A DNA stretch of 64,000 bases from Sedimentisphaerales bacterium (lineage in GTDB: Bacteria; Planctomycetota; Phycisphaerae; Sedimentisphaerales; Anaerobacaceae), in NCBI GenBank assembly GCA_963708075.1, contig OY970194.1, positions 1,216,001-1,280,000 of the forward strand. Reading direction: 5' to 3'. The notes beneath the pieces are model-generated. The model had not been told where the DNA came from, searched no databases, and saw only the letters and a program-made list of their open reading frames with translations. The position numbers were made by a program, and so were the translations under genes. Positions 9,747 through 20,600 of this stretch are shown piece after piece; the first letter of the stretch is position 1, and each line of letters opens with the position of its first letter.

Positions 9747-10709
9747 TCACGCCGGGGCTTCGGCGGCGGCCTGGTTGACGAGGAAGAGGACGGCCATGCG
9801 GACGGCCAGGCCGTTGGTGACTTGCTGGAGGATGACGCTGTTCTGTCCGTCGGCGACTTCGCTTTCCATTTCCAGGCCGCGGTTGATCGGGCCGGGGTGC
9901 ATGACGAGGATGTCCGGCTTGGCCCGCTTCATGCGCTCGACGGTCAAGCCGAAGTAGTGCGAGTATTCGCGGATGGAGGGGAAGGGATTGCCGCCCAGAC
10001 GCTCGAACTGGATGCGGAGCATGTTCACCACGTCCACTTCCTCGATTACCTTATCGAGCGAGTAGCTGACCTTCACGGGCAGCCGGCCGACCTCGCTGGG
10101 CATCAGCGTGGGCGGGCCGACGAACGTGACCTCGGCGCCGAGCTTGGTCATCGCCCACATGTCGCTGCGCACGACGCGGGAGTGGGCGATATCGCCGACG
10201 ATGGCGATCTTCAGGCCCTGCAGTGTCCCCTTGGCCTGGCGGATCGTGTACGCGTCGAGCAGGCCCTGGGTCGGGTGCTCGCACGAGCCGTCGCCGGCGT
10301 TGACGACACACGCATTGATGTTCCGACTGAGGAGCGTCGGCGCCCCGGCAGCGTTGTGGCGAATTACGACAGTATCGATCCCCATTGCCTCAAGATTGCG
10401 CGCGGTATCCAGCAGGGTCTCGCCCTTGCTGACGGAGCTGCTTTTCTGCGTGAACTCGATAACGTCGGCGCTGAGCCGGCTGGCCGCCAGGGAGAAGCTG
10501 GTGCGGGTCCGCGTGCTGTCCTCGAAGAACAGGTTGACGACGACCTTGCCGCGCAGCGTGGGGGCCTTCTTGATGGAGCGCGTGCTGAACTGCTCGAAGC
10601 CCTTGGCGGTGTCCATGATGTGGACGATCTCCTCGACCGTCAGGTCCCGCAGGCCGAGCAGATGCTTTCGCTGCCACTTGAACGGTTTGTCCCTATGGAT
10701 GATCGCCAT
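9747..10709 (-). CDS. pyrB: Aspartate carbamoyltransferase catalytic subunit
   Basis: FFEDSTRTRTSF, NAGDG..EHPTQ, MHPGP motifs. Confidence 0.96.
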   Translation of the reverse strand: MAIIHRDKPFKWQRKHLLGLRDLTVEEIVHIMDTAKGFEQFSTRSIKKAPTLRGKVVVNLFFEDSTRTRTSFSLAASRLSADVIEFTQKSSSVSKGETLLDTARNLEAMGIDTVVIRHNAAGAPTLLSRNINACVVNAGDGSCEHPTQGLLDAYTIRQAKGTLQGLKIAIVGDIAHSRVVRSDMWAMTKLGAEVTFVGPPTLMPSEVGRLPVKVSYSLDKVIEEVDVVNMLRIQFERLGGNPFPSIREYSHYFGLTVERMKRAKPDILVMHPGPINRGLEMESEVADGQNSVILQQVTNGLAVRMAVLFLVNQAAAEAPA

Positions 10710-10784
10710 ACCTGCACCACGCCGTTTCCCGATTCCACCGGGTGTGTGCCGCTCCACAATCTCGAGGATGCGGTTCATGTGTCC

Positions 10785-11312
10785 CTACTCGACTGTTACC
10801 TCGTCCTTTCCATCCGATTCGACGAGGTTGACTTGAACGGAACGCTGGGGCTCTACGTCGGCCGCACAGCCTGCATAGTCAGCCTGGATGGGCAGCTCTC
10901 GTCCGGCTCGTTCCACGAGGACGGCCAGCCGGATCGCCTTGGGCCGCCCCAGGTCAATCAGGGCGTCCATGGCGGCCCGAGTGGATCGGCCGGTGTATAA
11001 CACGTCATCCACCAGGATGATGATCTTATCATCGATGTTGAACCCGATCTCCGTCGTGCGGACCTGGGGCTGACCGCTGCCGTGGGGGGCGTTCAGGTCG
11101 TCCCGGTAAAGTGTGATGTCGAGTGTGCCGCACGGGACAGGCTTGCCAAGCCGCTGCGAGAGGTAAGTCGCCAATCTCTGGGCGATGATCTCGCCGCGGC
11201 TGCGAATGCCGATAATCGCCAGATCGTGCTTGGGCGAACTCTGGGCCGCAATCTCGTCTGCCAGATCGTGCAGGATTCGGTCCATCTGTCCTGCGTCCAA
11301 GAGTACTTCCAT
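10785..11312 (-). CDS. pyrR: Bifunctional pyrimidine regulator / uracil phosphoribosyltransferase
   Basis: LDITLYRDD, LVDDVLYTGR, RELPIQADY. Confidence 0.95.
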   Translation of the reverse strand: MEVLLDAGQMDRILHDLADEIAAQSSPKHDLAIIGIRSRGEIIAQRLATYLSQRLGKPVPCGTLDITLYRDDLNAPHGSGQPQVRTTEIGFNIDDKIIILVDDVLYTGRSTRAAMDALIDLGRPKAIRLAVLVERAGRELPIQADYAGCAADVEPQRSVQVNLVESDGKDEVTVE

Positions 11313-11442
11313 AGCCGCATCCACCGTTCAGTCGTCAATTGCCGGCCGTCAGCCATCCACCGCCGGCGCCTACGACTATATCGACCAAAGCCCGGCAAGA
11401 CAAGCCCATAATAATGATTGTGGGTGTTGCGGCACAACGGAT

Positions 11443-11537
11443 GGGTGGCAGCGGCAAGCGGTCAGCTTGCCGATGGCTCACACGTATCGGGGCCCACCAT
11501 CGGCAAGCTCCGCGGGCTCCGCTTGCCGCTGCCACCC
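11443..11537. repeat. REP-like inverted doublet (GGGTGGCA family)
   Basis: 19-bp perfect outer arms 11443-11461/11519-11537 and 13-bp inner arms 11464-11476/11497-11509. Confidence 0.75.
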
Positions 11538-11855
11538 GGGCCCGGTAGGAGTGCCCAAGTACCTGAAGTGAGCGCCGTCCCACCGTGTGACCGTCCGGTA
11601 AGATGGGATTTCTCTGGCCTGATTTCGAGAATCTGCTTTGTCTGTACTGCCAGAGATGGTATGATAGGGGCTATAGGCGGAATTTGCTTGAAACGGACCA
11701 TGGTTTCTGGTATCATGAGGCCAGTCCTATGGAGGATGGACTTCGATGAGCTTCGTCGAACGGAGCTTCTCCGCGACGGAGGTCAGCATCTGGGGGAACA
11801 GGGGCAGGGGCGTACCAGCAGGCATTTTCCACCGCCACAAGGGCTTTGGGTGAAG

Positions 11856-13607
11856 ATGGTGCATAGATTGTCCATTTCCATGATAAGACTGTGGATCGCC
11901 GGTGTGGTGATTGGTTCGACGGCGTTCGCCGGCCGGGCGGTGGCTCAGAACGACCCCGCAACTCAACCTCAGGGGCTGAACTGGGCCGGCATTTATGCTC
12001 TGCGCGGACTGGATCCGAATCTGACAGGCGGCGGCGTGCGAGTAGGAGTGATCTGCCGCAGTTTCACAAACCACAATGATGAGCCTCAATACGACTATTC
12101 GCCCAATGTGAACCATAGCTGTTTTCAGAGTGCAAAGCTGCATCTGTACGATGACGGCCAAGCGCCGGCGAGCACATCGCCGCATGAGACGGCCGTCTGC
12201 TCCATCCTGTTTGGGGAGGACCCGCTGGGAAACGCCTCGAACCTGGAGCCGTTCGCATATCAGGGTGCTGTGCCGGCTGCGGAAGGGCACATCTACGAAC
12301 TGCGCCACTTCATAACCCAGTACGTGTTCGCACAGAAGAAACCGGCGGTCGATCTTGTGACGGCCAGTTTCGGAGATCCTCTCGATCGCTGGTGGACGCG
12401 AGGCGTCGAATCGCTGGCGGAACACGAGGGTTTGCCCGTCTTCGCGAGCATCGGCAATGGCACCGACGCCTCTGAGCCACCTCTGTACCCGGGCGCCGGA
12501 TCGAACACAATTGGCGTCGGCGTCGTGAGCCCGGTCAACGCCGATGACCCCGCAACGAGCCTGGCGTACTTCAGCCTGCCGCACCCGGAGCAGTCGAGCC
12601 GGGGGCCGACCGACGACGGCCGCTGCAAGCCTGATCTGATCGCGCCGGGCAACTGCCTTGTAGCCGGGCCCGAGGGCGATCAGGGCTATACGATGTCCGG
12701 CACGTGGTCGAGCTTCTCGACGCCCGTGGCCGCCGGCGCCGCCGGGCTGCTGATCCAGGCGGCCAAGCAGGACAAACGCCTCGACGGCATCCTCTCGCCC
12801 GACGGCGGCAACTGCCTCTTGAAGGCCATCCTGATGACCTCGGCCACGAAACTGCCATACTGGCACAAGGGCCGGCTGACCCCGGAGGATGATCGTGAGA
12901 TGCCTCTCGATTACACGCAAGGCGCTGGCATGGTCAACGCGGTGCGTGCCCATCAAGTGCTGACGGCGGGGCGGGGCAATCCCGGCAATGTCCCGGCAAC
13001 GGGATGGGATTTGAATCGCCTCGAAGGCAGCCAGGTCCTTCAGCAGGTTTATCGCGTCGTGCTGGAGGAGCCGGCGAGCAAGATGCTGACCGTGACGCTT
13101 GTCTGGAACAGGCACTACAGTCAGAAGTATCCGTTCGATCGGCTCTCGGACAGCGACACGAACCTTCGGCTGGAAGTGTGGGCGATTGACCCGACGAATC
13201 CCAACAGCAGTGTCCTGCTGGATTGCAGCGACAGCAAAGTGGACAACGTCGAGCACGTCCACGTTGAGATGGCGGCCGGGTACACGTCCTACGCGATCGT
13301 GGTCTCCTACAGCAATCCCAGTGAGCGCGACCTCCCGGGTGAGCGGTATGGACTCGCCTGGAGCGTCGAGGACAAGCCTGCAGAGGACCGGAATATCCTT
13401 TGGGAGGACCTGAACGCCGACGGCATCGTGAATGAGCAGGATCTCGAGATCGTGCTGAAGAACCTGATGGCGGGTCAGAAATCGCCTGAGGCGTATCTGC
13501 TCGGCGATATCAACATGGATGGGGCCATCGACGTCAACGATGTGAAGGCGGTGAACGCCCGTCTGAACCGCAAGGCGGATTGGTACGCCGGCGACACCGC
13601 AAACTAA
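11856..13607 (+). CDS. Divergent S8 (subtilisin-like) peptidase with C-terminal dockerin-like repeats, secreted (start 11856 or 11880)
   Basis: SPHETAV, ASIGNG, KPDLIAPG, SSFSTPVAAG, KAILMTSA; DLNADGIVNEQD and DINMDGAIDVND repeats. Confidence 0.8.
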   Translation: MVHRLSISMIRLWIAGVVIGSTAFAGRAVAQNDPATQPQGLNWAGIYALRGLDPNLTGGGVRVGVICRSFTNHNDEPQYDYSPNVNHSCFQSAKLHLYDDGQAPASTSPHETAVCSILFGEDPLGNASNLEPFAYQGAVPAAEGHIYELRHFITQYVFAQKKPAVDLVTASFGDPLDRWWTRGVESLAEHEGLPVFASIGNGTDASEPPLYPGAGSNTIGVGVVSPVNADDPATSLAYFSLPHPEQSSRGPTDDGRCKPDLIAPGNCLVAGPEGDQGYTMSGTWSSFSTPVAAGAAGLLIQAAKQDKRLDGILSPDGGNCLLKAILMTSATKLPYWHKGRLTPEDDREMPLDYTQGAGMVNAVRAHQVLTAGRGNPGNVPATGWDLNRLEGSQVLQQVYRVVLEEPASKMLTVTLVWNRHYSQKYPFDRLSDSDTNLRLEVWAIDPTNPNSSVLLDCSDSKVDNVEHVHVEMAAGYTSYAIVVSYSNPSERDLPGERYGLAWSVEDKPAEDRNILWEDLNADGIVNEQDLEIVLKNLMAGQKSPEAYLLGDINMDGAIDVNDVKAVNARLNRKADWYAGDTAN

Positions 13608-13660
13608 GGGTTGGTCGTCAGTCTTATCTCCATTCTGCAAGACTCCACATTGAAGCAGAG

Positions 13661-15094
13661 ATGGATACTATGTACGGCAACAGACTGCTCATCTCGGTAA
13701 TCATAGTCTGGCTCATCGCAGGCCCGGTGGCGGCGGAGAGCTGGCGGTTCGTCGTGATGGGCGACAGCCGGGCAGGTAACATGACCGGCGTGAATGAGAA
13801 GGTGCTCTCCGAGCTCGTAAACGAATGCCTGCAGCGTGACATCGATTTCGTGCTGTTTCCAGGTGATCTGGTCCATGGCCCAGGAGTTGATACCGCGCTC
13901 TTCGAGGAGCAATTGTGGAACTGGGTACGGGTGATGCGGCCGTTATATGATGCGGGAATCCGCGTCTATGTCTGTCGGGGGAATCACGAGATCGCAGACA
14001 TGTGGTATGCTCTGCCGGACGAGCTGCCGGATCCGGCCGACAATCGTGCCGGGAGATGGCTGAGAGTATTCGGCAACGATGAGCACCCGCTGTATGAACT
14101 GCCTGACAACGGACCCGACAGCGAGAAACACATGTCGTATTCCGTCGTGCACAGGAATGCTCTGGTAGTCGGCCTTGACCAGTATGGCGGGATGAACTAT
14201 CGCCCCGTTCACTATGTCAATCAGGAATGGCTCAGTTCTGAGCTCGAAAGGAACGTGCAGCCGCACGTCTTCGTGTTCGGGCACGAGCCGGCGTTTCGCA
14301 CCCTGCACTACGATTGTCTGGATGCTCATCCGGACCGGCGCGACGCGTTGTGGCTGAGCCTCAAAGCCGCCGGGGGGCGGGCCTATTTCTGCTGTCACGA
14401 TCACTACTACGATCATGCGCGCGTGGACGACGGGGACGGAGATCCCGATAACGACATTCATCAGCTCATCGCAGCCACGGCCGGCGCCCCATCCTACACC
14501 TGGACGCCGCCATACGATGGGAACAACAGCGATTTCACCGTGGAGCAGATGTACCACGCGGAGCGGTACGGCTATGTGCTTGTCAACGTGGATGATCTGG
14601 ACGTGACCATGGCCTGGATGGAGCGGCGGGACATCAACCCTCTGGCGCCCCCGTTCTATGAAGCCAGGGAGATCTGGCAGTACAAGGTTTCACCCAACGT
14701 GGTGGTGCTCCGCCCGCGTGCCGGCGAGCAGGTTCCGGCGGGCCGGCCCTACACGATCCGCTGGAAAACCATCGAAGGGGCACAGGCCAGACGGATCCTC
14801 ATTCAGTACTCCCTCGATGCCGGCGCTCAATGGTCCACTGCGGGTGAGGCCGACAACACCGGCACATACGTGTGGTCCACGCCGACGGTGGATTCAGACT
14901 CCTGCCTCGTGAGGATTGCCGGAGTGGGCAATCCGCAGGTCAGCGATACGACGGATGGCACGTTCTCCATCGCCAAATGTCCCGTCAGACGAACCGCCGA
15001 CCTGAACGGCGACTGCCAGGTGGATTTCACCGACCTGGCGATCCTGGCCGGCGAGTGGCTCACCGGCGATTTGTCACCGAACACCGCGAAGTAA
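13661..15094 (+). CDS. Secreted metallophosphoesterase with Ig-like domain and dockerin-like tail
   Basis: GDSR, PGDLV, GNHE, HEP, HDH motifs; DLNGDCQVDFTDL tail; signal peptide. Confidence 0.85.
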   Translation: MDTMYGNRLLISVIIVWLIAGPVAAESWRFVVMGDSRAGNMTGVNEKVLSELVNECLQRDIDFVLFPGDLVHGPGVDTALFEEQLWNWVRVMRPLYDAGIRVYVCRGNHEIADMWYALPDELPDPADNRAGRWLRVFGNDEHPLYELPDNGPDSEKHMSYSVVHRNALVVGLDQYGGMNYRPVHYVNQEWLSSELERNVQPHVFVFGHEPAFRTLHYDCLDAHPDRRDALWLSLKAAGGRAYFCCHDHYYDHARVDDGDGDPDNDIHQLIAATAGAPSYTWTPPYDGNNSDFTVEQMYHAERYGYVLVNVDDLDVTMAWMERRDINPLAPPFYEAREIWQYKVSPNVVVLRPRAGEQVPAGRPYTIRWKTIEGAQARRILIQYSLDAGAQWSTAGEADNTGTYVWSTPTVDSDSCLVRIAGVGNPQVSDTTDGTFSIAKCPVRRTADLNGDCQVDFTDLAILAGEWLTGDLSPNTAK

Positions 15095-15158
15095 CCCCAA
15101 GAACCGTGAACATCCGAGTCGGGTGCCCTTCGCAGGTTGTGCGTACCCGCGCAACCTT

Positions 15159-15183
15159 GGGCAAGCGGGGACGCTCGCCCTAC
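15159..15183 (-). repeat. GTAG-type REP-like palindrome
   Basis: Minus strand GTAGGGCGAGCG-TCCC-CGCTTGCCC; adjacent hairpin around 15134-15157. Confidence 0.55.
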
Positions 15184-15272
15184 CTGACAAATCCCCTTTC
15201 CTTCCCGTGCAGTTTCTGGTACAACTACCGCGAATTGCAGAACTCCACCATGGACAGGGATACAGGTGCGCT

Positions 15273-16562
15273 ATGACGGGTCAGCTTCTCATCAAGAACG
15301 GGCGGGTCATCGACCCCACGAACAATCTCGATAAGAAATGCGATGTGCTGATCTCCGACGGCAAGGTGGCCGAAGTGGGCCAGCTCAACGGCCAGGTCGA
15401 GAAGTCGGCGTCGCGGGTCATCGACGCCACGGGCAAGATCGTGACGCCCGGGCTGATCGACATTCACGTGCATTTCCGCGAGCCAGGGGATGAGGAAGAA
15501 GAGACGATCGCCAGCGGCTCCGCCGCGGCTGTGGCGGCCGGATTCACATCGGTCGTCTGCATGCCCAACACCAACCCCGCGATTGAGAGCGAGACCGACG
15601 TCGAGTACGTCCATCGCAAGGGCCGCCAGACGAGGAAGACCCACGTCTATGTCATGGGCGCGATCACGAAGAAACGCGAGGGGGTCGAGCTGGCCGAGAT
15701 GGGCCTGATGGCCGAGGCGGGGGCCCGCGGCTTCACCGATGACGGCAACGGCGTGCAGAACCCGGCGATCATGCTCCGGGCCCTCAAGTACGCCAAGATG
15801 TTCGACGTGGTGGTCGCCCAGCATTGCCAGGACAACAACTTCGCCGGCAACGGCGTGATGAACGCGGGCTATTACTCGACGATCCTGGGCCTGCCCGGCA
15901 TCGACGCCCTGGCGGAGGAGGCGATGCTCTGGCGGGATATCCAGTTGGTCAGACGGGCCCAGGTACGATACCACGCTCAGCACATCTCGACCGCCGGCTC
16001 TGTGGAGCTGATCCGCCAGGCGAAGAAGGATTCGCTGCCGATCACATGCGAAGTCACGCCCCATCACCTGCTGCTGACCGAGGAACTCTGCGCGGAGTAC
16101 GATACGAATTACAAGGTCAACCCGCCTCTGCGGAGCCAAAAGGACGTAGAGGCTTTGAAACAGGCGATCGCCGAGGGCCTGGTCGATGCGTTGGCCAGCG
16201 ACCACGCGCCGCACCTGCAAAGCGAAAAGGAGCTGGAATTCCTGGCGGCGCCGTTTGGGATCGTAAGTCTGGAGTGTGCGCTGGGGCTGTACGTGAAGGC
16301 GCTGATCGAGCCGAAGATCCTCGATTGGCCCGGCTTGATCCGGCTGATGACGGTAAACCCGGCGAAGATTATCGGGATTGACAAGGGCACGCTCAGCCGG
16401 GGCAAGCAGGGCGATGTTACCATCATCGACCCGGACGCCCAGTGGCAGATCGACGCGACCAAGTTCGTCTCCAAGGGCCGCAACTGCCCCTATCACGGCT
16501 GGACCATCAAAGGCAAAGCCGAAAAGACCATCGTCGGCGGAGAAGTACGCTTCGAGGCCTGA
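15273..16562 (+). CDS. pyrC: Dihydroorotase
   Basis: DIHVHFREPG, MPNTNP, KVNPPLR, SDHAPH. Confidence 0.95.
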   Translation: MTGQLLIKNGRVIDPTNNLDKKCDVLISDGKVAEVGQLNGQVEKSASRVIDATGKIVTPGLIDIHVHFREPGDEEEETIASGSAAAVAAGFTSVVCMPNTNPAIESETDVEYVHRKGRQTRKTHVYVMGAITKKREGVELAEMGLMAEAGARGFTDDGNGVQNPAIMLRALKYAKMFDVVVAQHCQDNNFAGNGVMNAGYYSTILGLPGIDALAEEAMLWRDIQLVRRAQVRYHAQHISTAGSVELIRQAKKDSLPITCEVTPHHLLLTEELCAEYDTNYKVNPPLRSQKDVEALKQAIAEGLVDALASDHAPHLQSEKELEFLAAPFGIVSLECALGLYVKALIEPKILDWPGLIRLMTVNPAKIIGIDKGTLSRGKQGDVTIIDPDAQWQIDATKFVSKGRNCPYHGWTIKGKAEKTIVGGEVRFEA

Positions 16563-16563
16563 C

Positions 16564-16779
16564 ATGAGTATGCAACGTGATGTTCTGCTTAGGAAGGTGA
16601 AGCAAGCCGTGGGCGAGGTAGAGCCAGCGGCTCAGATCGTGCTGTATGGGTCTCAGGCACGGGGTGATTCTGATGCACAGTCCGATTGGGATTTCCTGAT
16701 TCTCGTGGACGGCCGTGTCACCGATGATGGCGTAGACAGGATTCGCTACCAACTCTACGAGATCGTCGTGAAGAACTGA
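16564..16779 (+). CDS. Minimal nucleotidyltransferase (MNT), short, possibly truncated
   Basis: LYGSQARGD...SDWDFLILVD; only 71 codons, no adjacent HEPN gene. Confidence 0.7.
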   Translation: MSMQRDVLLRKVKQAVGEVEPAAQIVLYGSQARGDSDAQSDWDFLILVDGRVTDDGVDRIRYQLYEIVVKN

Positions 16780-16931
16780 TAGTGGCCCCCAGTTAGAATG
16801 CAGCATAGTACGGGGATTGTGATGGAGGGTTTGGCGGAACGTGAACAAAGGGCACATTTCGATACTATTATGTGTAGATCATTGGGCTTCATACGGCACC
16901 GTCGGCCGACGTACCGAGGGGCACTGAGATT

Positions 16932-17411
16932 ATGACGATTGTGGATGGGAATAACCTGTTGTGGGCGCTCCATGAGAGCTTTGACGAGCGGGAGATTACG
17001 AGGGAGATCGATCTGTGCCGGGTTCTGAGCCGGTACTTCGCGCTAATGGCGGAAGACGGCCAGGTCGTGTTTGACGGCGGCGGGCCGGCGCGCCGGGATG
17101 ATTTCGAGAGCGTGAGCAACATCGAGGTCATCTTCGCCGGTTTCCACAAGGACAGCGACAGTGTCATCGAGGAGAAGATCAAGGCCAATACGGCTCCGCG
17201 GCGGCTGACGGTGGTCAGCAGCGACCGCAGGCTGCGCAAGGCCGCAGCGGTGCGCAAGGCGACCGCCGTCAAGTCCGAGGACTTCTGGGAGGAGGTCCAG
17301 AAGGAACTGCGGCGAGGAAAGCCCCGGAAGAAGGAGCCAAAAGGGAAGAAGGAAGGGCTCACCGAGGGCGAGACACAACAGTGGATGGACCTGTTCGGCC
17401 TGGACCAATAG
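16932..17411 (+). CDS. NYN domain (YacP/Rae1-like) protein
   Basis: IVDGNN, VVFDG, DSDSVI, VVSSD acidic PIN/NYN motifs. Confidence 0.8.
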   Translation: MTIVDGNNLLWALHESFDEREITREIDLCRVLSRYFALMAEDGQVVFDGGGPARRDDFESVSNIEVIFAGFHKDSDSVIEEKIKANTAPRRLTVVSSDRRLRKAAAVRKATAVKSEDFWEEVQKELRRGKPRKKEPKGKKEGLTEGETQQWMDLFGLDQ

Positions 17412-17613
17412 CCCCTTTTCCGGCGGGAGATTTGTGTTGCCTGAGCGGCCGGCATAGTGTATAAGGTCGGGTCTTCTGTGTGCAATTTGCGTGAACGCAG
17501 GGGACCGCTTTTTGCGCAAGTGGGCGCACAGGACGTAGTTTAGAGGCCGCCCGCGAGGGGAGGCTCTTAAGCTAAGTGCTTTACTGTTCATACTTTACAG
17601 AAGTGGAGATGAT

Positions 17614-20600
17614 ATGAAGCGTAGAATGGTGACGATTGACGGCAACGCGGCGGCGGCGCACGTCGCCCATGCGACGAATGAAGTCATTGCGATCTATCCG
17701 ATCACGCCGAGCTCCCCGATGGGCGAGATCGCGGATGCCAAGACCGCCAAGAGCGAGATGAACATCTGGGGAACCGTTCCGTCGGTCACCGAAATGCAGT
17801 CTGAGGCGGGTGCGGCGGGGGCCGTGCACGGGGCCCTTACGGCCGGCGCGCTGACGACGACGTTCACGGCCTCGCAGGGTCTGCTGCTGATGATTCCGAA
17901 TATGTATAAGATCGCGGGCGAATTGCTGCCCGCGGTCTTTCATGTAACTGCCCGCTCCCTGGCCACCCACGCACTGTCCATCTTCGGCGATCATGGCGAC
18001 GTCATGACCTGCCGCGAGACGGGTTGGGCCATGCTCTGTGCGTCCAGCGTGCAGGAAGCGATGGACTTTGCCCTGATCTCCCAGCAGGCGACGCTGGCCT
18101 CCCGCGTGCCGTTCCTGCACTTCTTCGACGGCTTCCGCACGAGCCACGAGGAGCAGAAGGTCGAAGAACTGACGTACGATGACATGCGTGCGATGATTGA
18201 CGACAGCCTGGTGGCCCAGCATAAGGCCCGGGCGTTGACGCCGGAGCACCCGATGATCGGCGGCACCGCCCAGAACCCGGACGTGTACTTCCAGGGCCGC
18301 GAGACCTGCAACCCGTTCTATCTGGCTACGCCAAAGATCGTCGAAGAGACGATGAACAAGTTCGCCAAGCTGGTCGGCCGCCAGTACAAGCTGTTCGACT
18401 ACGTCGGCGCACCCGACGCCGAGAAGATCATCATCATCATGGGCAGCGGCGCCGATACCGTGCACGAGACGGTCGATTATCTGAACTCGCAGGGCGAGAA
18501 GGTCGGCGTGGTGAAGGTGCGGCTGTTCCGGCCGTTCAGCACGAAGCATTTTATGGCGATCCTGCCCAAGACCGTCAAGAAGATCGCCGTGCTGGACAGG
18601 ACGAAGGAGCCCGGCGCGCTGGGCGAGCCGATGTACCTCGATATCCGGACCGCGATCGGCGAAGCGATGGCCGACGGCATCTCGCCGTTCGACAAATACC
18701 CTGTGGTCGTCGGCGGCCGTTACGGCCTGGGCTCGAAGGAATTCACTCCGGCGATGGTCAAGGCCGTATTCGACAATCTCGACACCGCCAAGCCGAAGAG
18801 GGGCTTCACGGTCGGGATTATCGATGATGTGACGAACACGAGTCTTGACGTCGATGACTCCTTCCAGATTCCCGCCGAGGGAATGTACCGTGCGATGTTC
18901 TTCGGGCTGGGCTCGGACGGCACGGTCGGCGCCAACAGAAACTCCATCAAAATCATCGGCGAGTCGACCGACAATTACGCCCAGGCCTATTTCGTATATG
19001 ATTCCAGGAAGGCCGGGACCATGACGGTCTCGCACCTGCGGTTCGGCGAAAAGCCCATTCAGCGTCCGTACCTGATCAACCAGGCGGACTTCGTGGCGTG
19101 CCATAATCCGAGCTTCCTCGAGAAGTACGAGATGCTGGCCTCGCTGCGCAAGGGCGGCACGTTCCTGCTGACCACGTTCCACGGTGCAGACAAGGTCTGG
19201 GACACCCTGCCGCAGGAGATCCAGAGGCAGATCATCGACAAGAAGGCCAGGTTCTACGTGATCGATGCGATCTCGCTGGCCCAGGAGATCGGGCTCGGCG
19301 CCCGCATCAACGTGATCATGCAGACGGCGTTCTTCAAGATCAGCAACATCATCCCGCTCGATCAGGCGATCAAACAGATCAAGGACGCCATTCGCAAGAC
19401 CTACGGCAAGCGAGGCGAGAAGGTCATCGAGATGAACAATGCCGCCGTGGACAAGGCCATTGACCGGGTGTACGAGGTCAAGGTTCCGGGCAAGGTCACG
19501 AGCAAGATCAAGCTGCCGCCGGTAGTGCCGGCGAATGCTCCGGAGTTCGTGCGGACGGTCACCGCCGAGCTGATGGCGATGCGCGGCGACTCCGTGCCGG
19601 TCAGCAAGTTCCCGGTGGATGGCCGGTTCCCCGTGGGTACGACCCAGTACGAGAAGCGAAACATCGCGGTGAACATCCCGATTTGGCAGCCGGAGTTGTG
19701 CATCCAGTGCGGCATGTGCTCGTTCGTGTGCCCGCACGCCACGATTCGGATCAAGGCGTACGATCCCAAGGTGCTTGAAAAGGCCCCCTCAACGTTCAAA
19801 AACGCCGAGGCCAAGGGCAAGGAATTCAAGGGCCTGAAGTTCACCGTCCAGGTGGCTCCGGAAGACTGCACCGGCTGCGGGGCCTGCGTGCAGACCTGCC
19901 CCGGCATCGAGCGCGGCCCGGACAAGCAGCCGACCGGCCGCAAGGCCATCAACATGGAAATGCAGGAGCCGATCCGCCAGCGCGAGCGGGCCAACTACAG
20001 CTTCTTCCTCTCGATCCCGAACACGGATCGCTCGCTGTTCAAGGCGAACACGGTCAAAGGCAGCCAGTTGATCCAGCCCTTGTTTGAATACTCGGGCGCC
20101 TGCGCCGGCTGCGGCGAGACGGCCTACGTCAAGCTGCTGTCTCAACTGTTCGGCGATCGCGCGTACATCGGCAATGCGACCGGATGCTCGTCCATCTATG
20201 GCGGCAACCTGCCGACGACGCCCTATACGACGCGTCCGGACGGTCGCGGCCCGGCCTGGTGCAACAGCCTCTTTGAGGACAACACCGAATTCGCGATGGG
20301 CATGAGACTGACCGTCGATCAGTTCAAGCTGATCGCACTGAATGCACTCGACAAAGTGGTCCAGAAAGGATGCGTGGACGGGCAACTGGCGTCCGACATC
20401 CGGGCGGCGACCCAGGCCGATGATCCTGAACAGAACGCCATCGAAGAGCAGCGCGGCCGCGTCGAGCAATTGAAGACGCAGTGCCGCAAGAGCGGCGATT
20501 GCGCCGAATGCAAGCTCCTGCTCACCGTGGCGGACTTTCTGGTCCGAAAGAGCGTCTGGGCGGTCGGCGGCGACGGCTGGGCCTATGACATCGGCTACGG

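Noticed and set aside
11443..11537. PyrR-binding attenuator upstream of pyrR
   Set aside because: No AGUCCAGAGAGGCU-like binding loop or U-tract; better explained as a REP-like doublet
16564..17411. MNT plus NYN nuclease as a toxin-antitoxin pair
   Set aside because: Separated by about 150 bp, and YacP-like NYN proteins are usually stand-alone housekeeping RNases
17584..17601. Rex operator upstream of nifJ
   Set aside because: TGT...ACA spacing is one base short of the Rex consensus and the match is weak
17581..19737. Long antisense ORFs (also 35487-37511, 11727-13640, 60245-62188)
   Set aside because: Shadows of well-supported genes on the opposite strand, expected in high-GC DNA; no motifs
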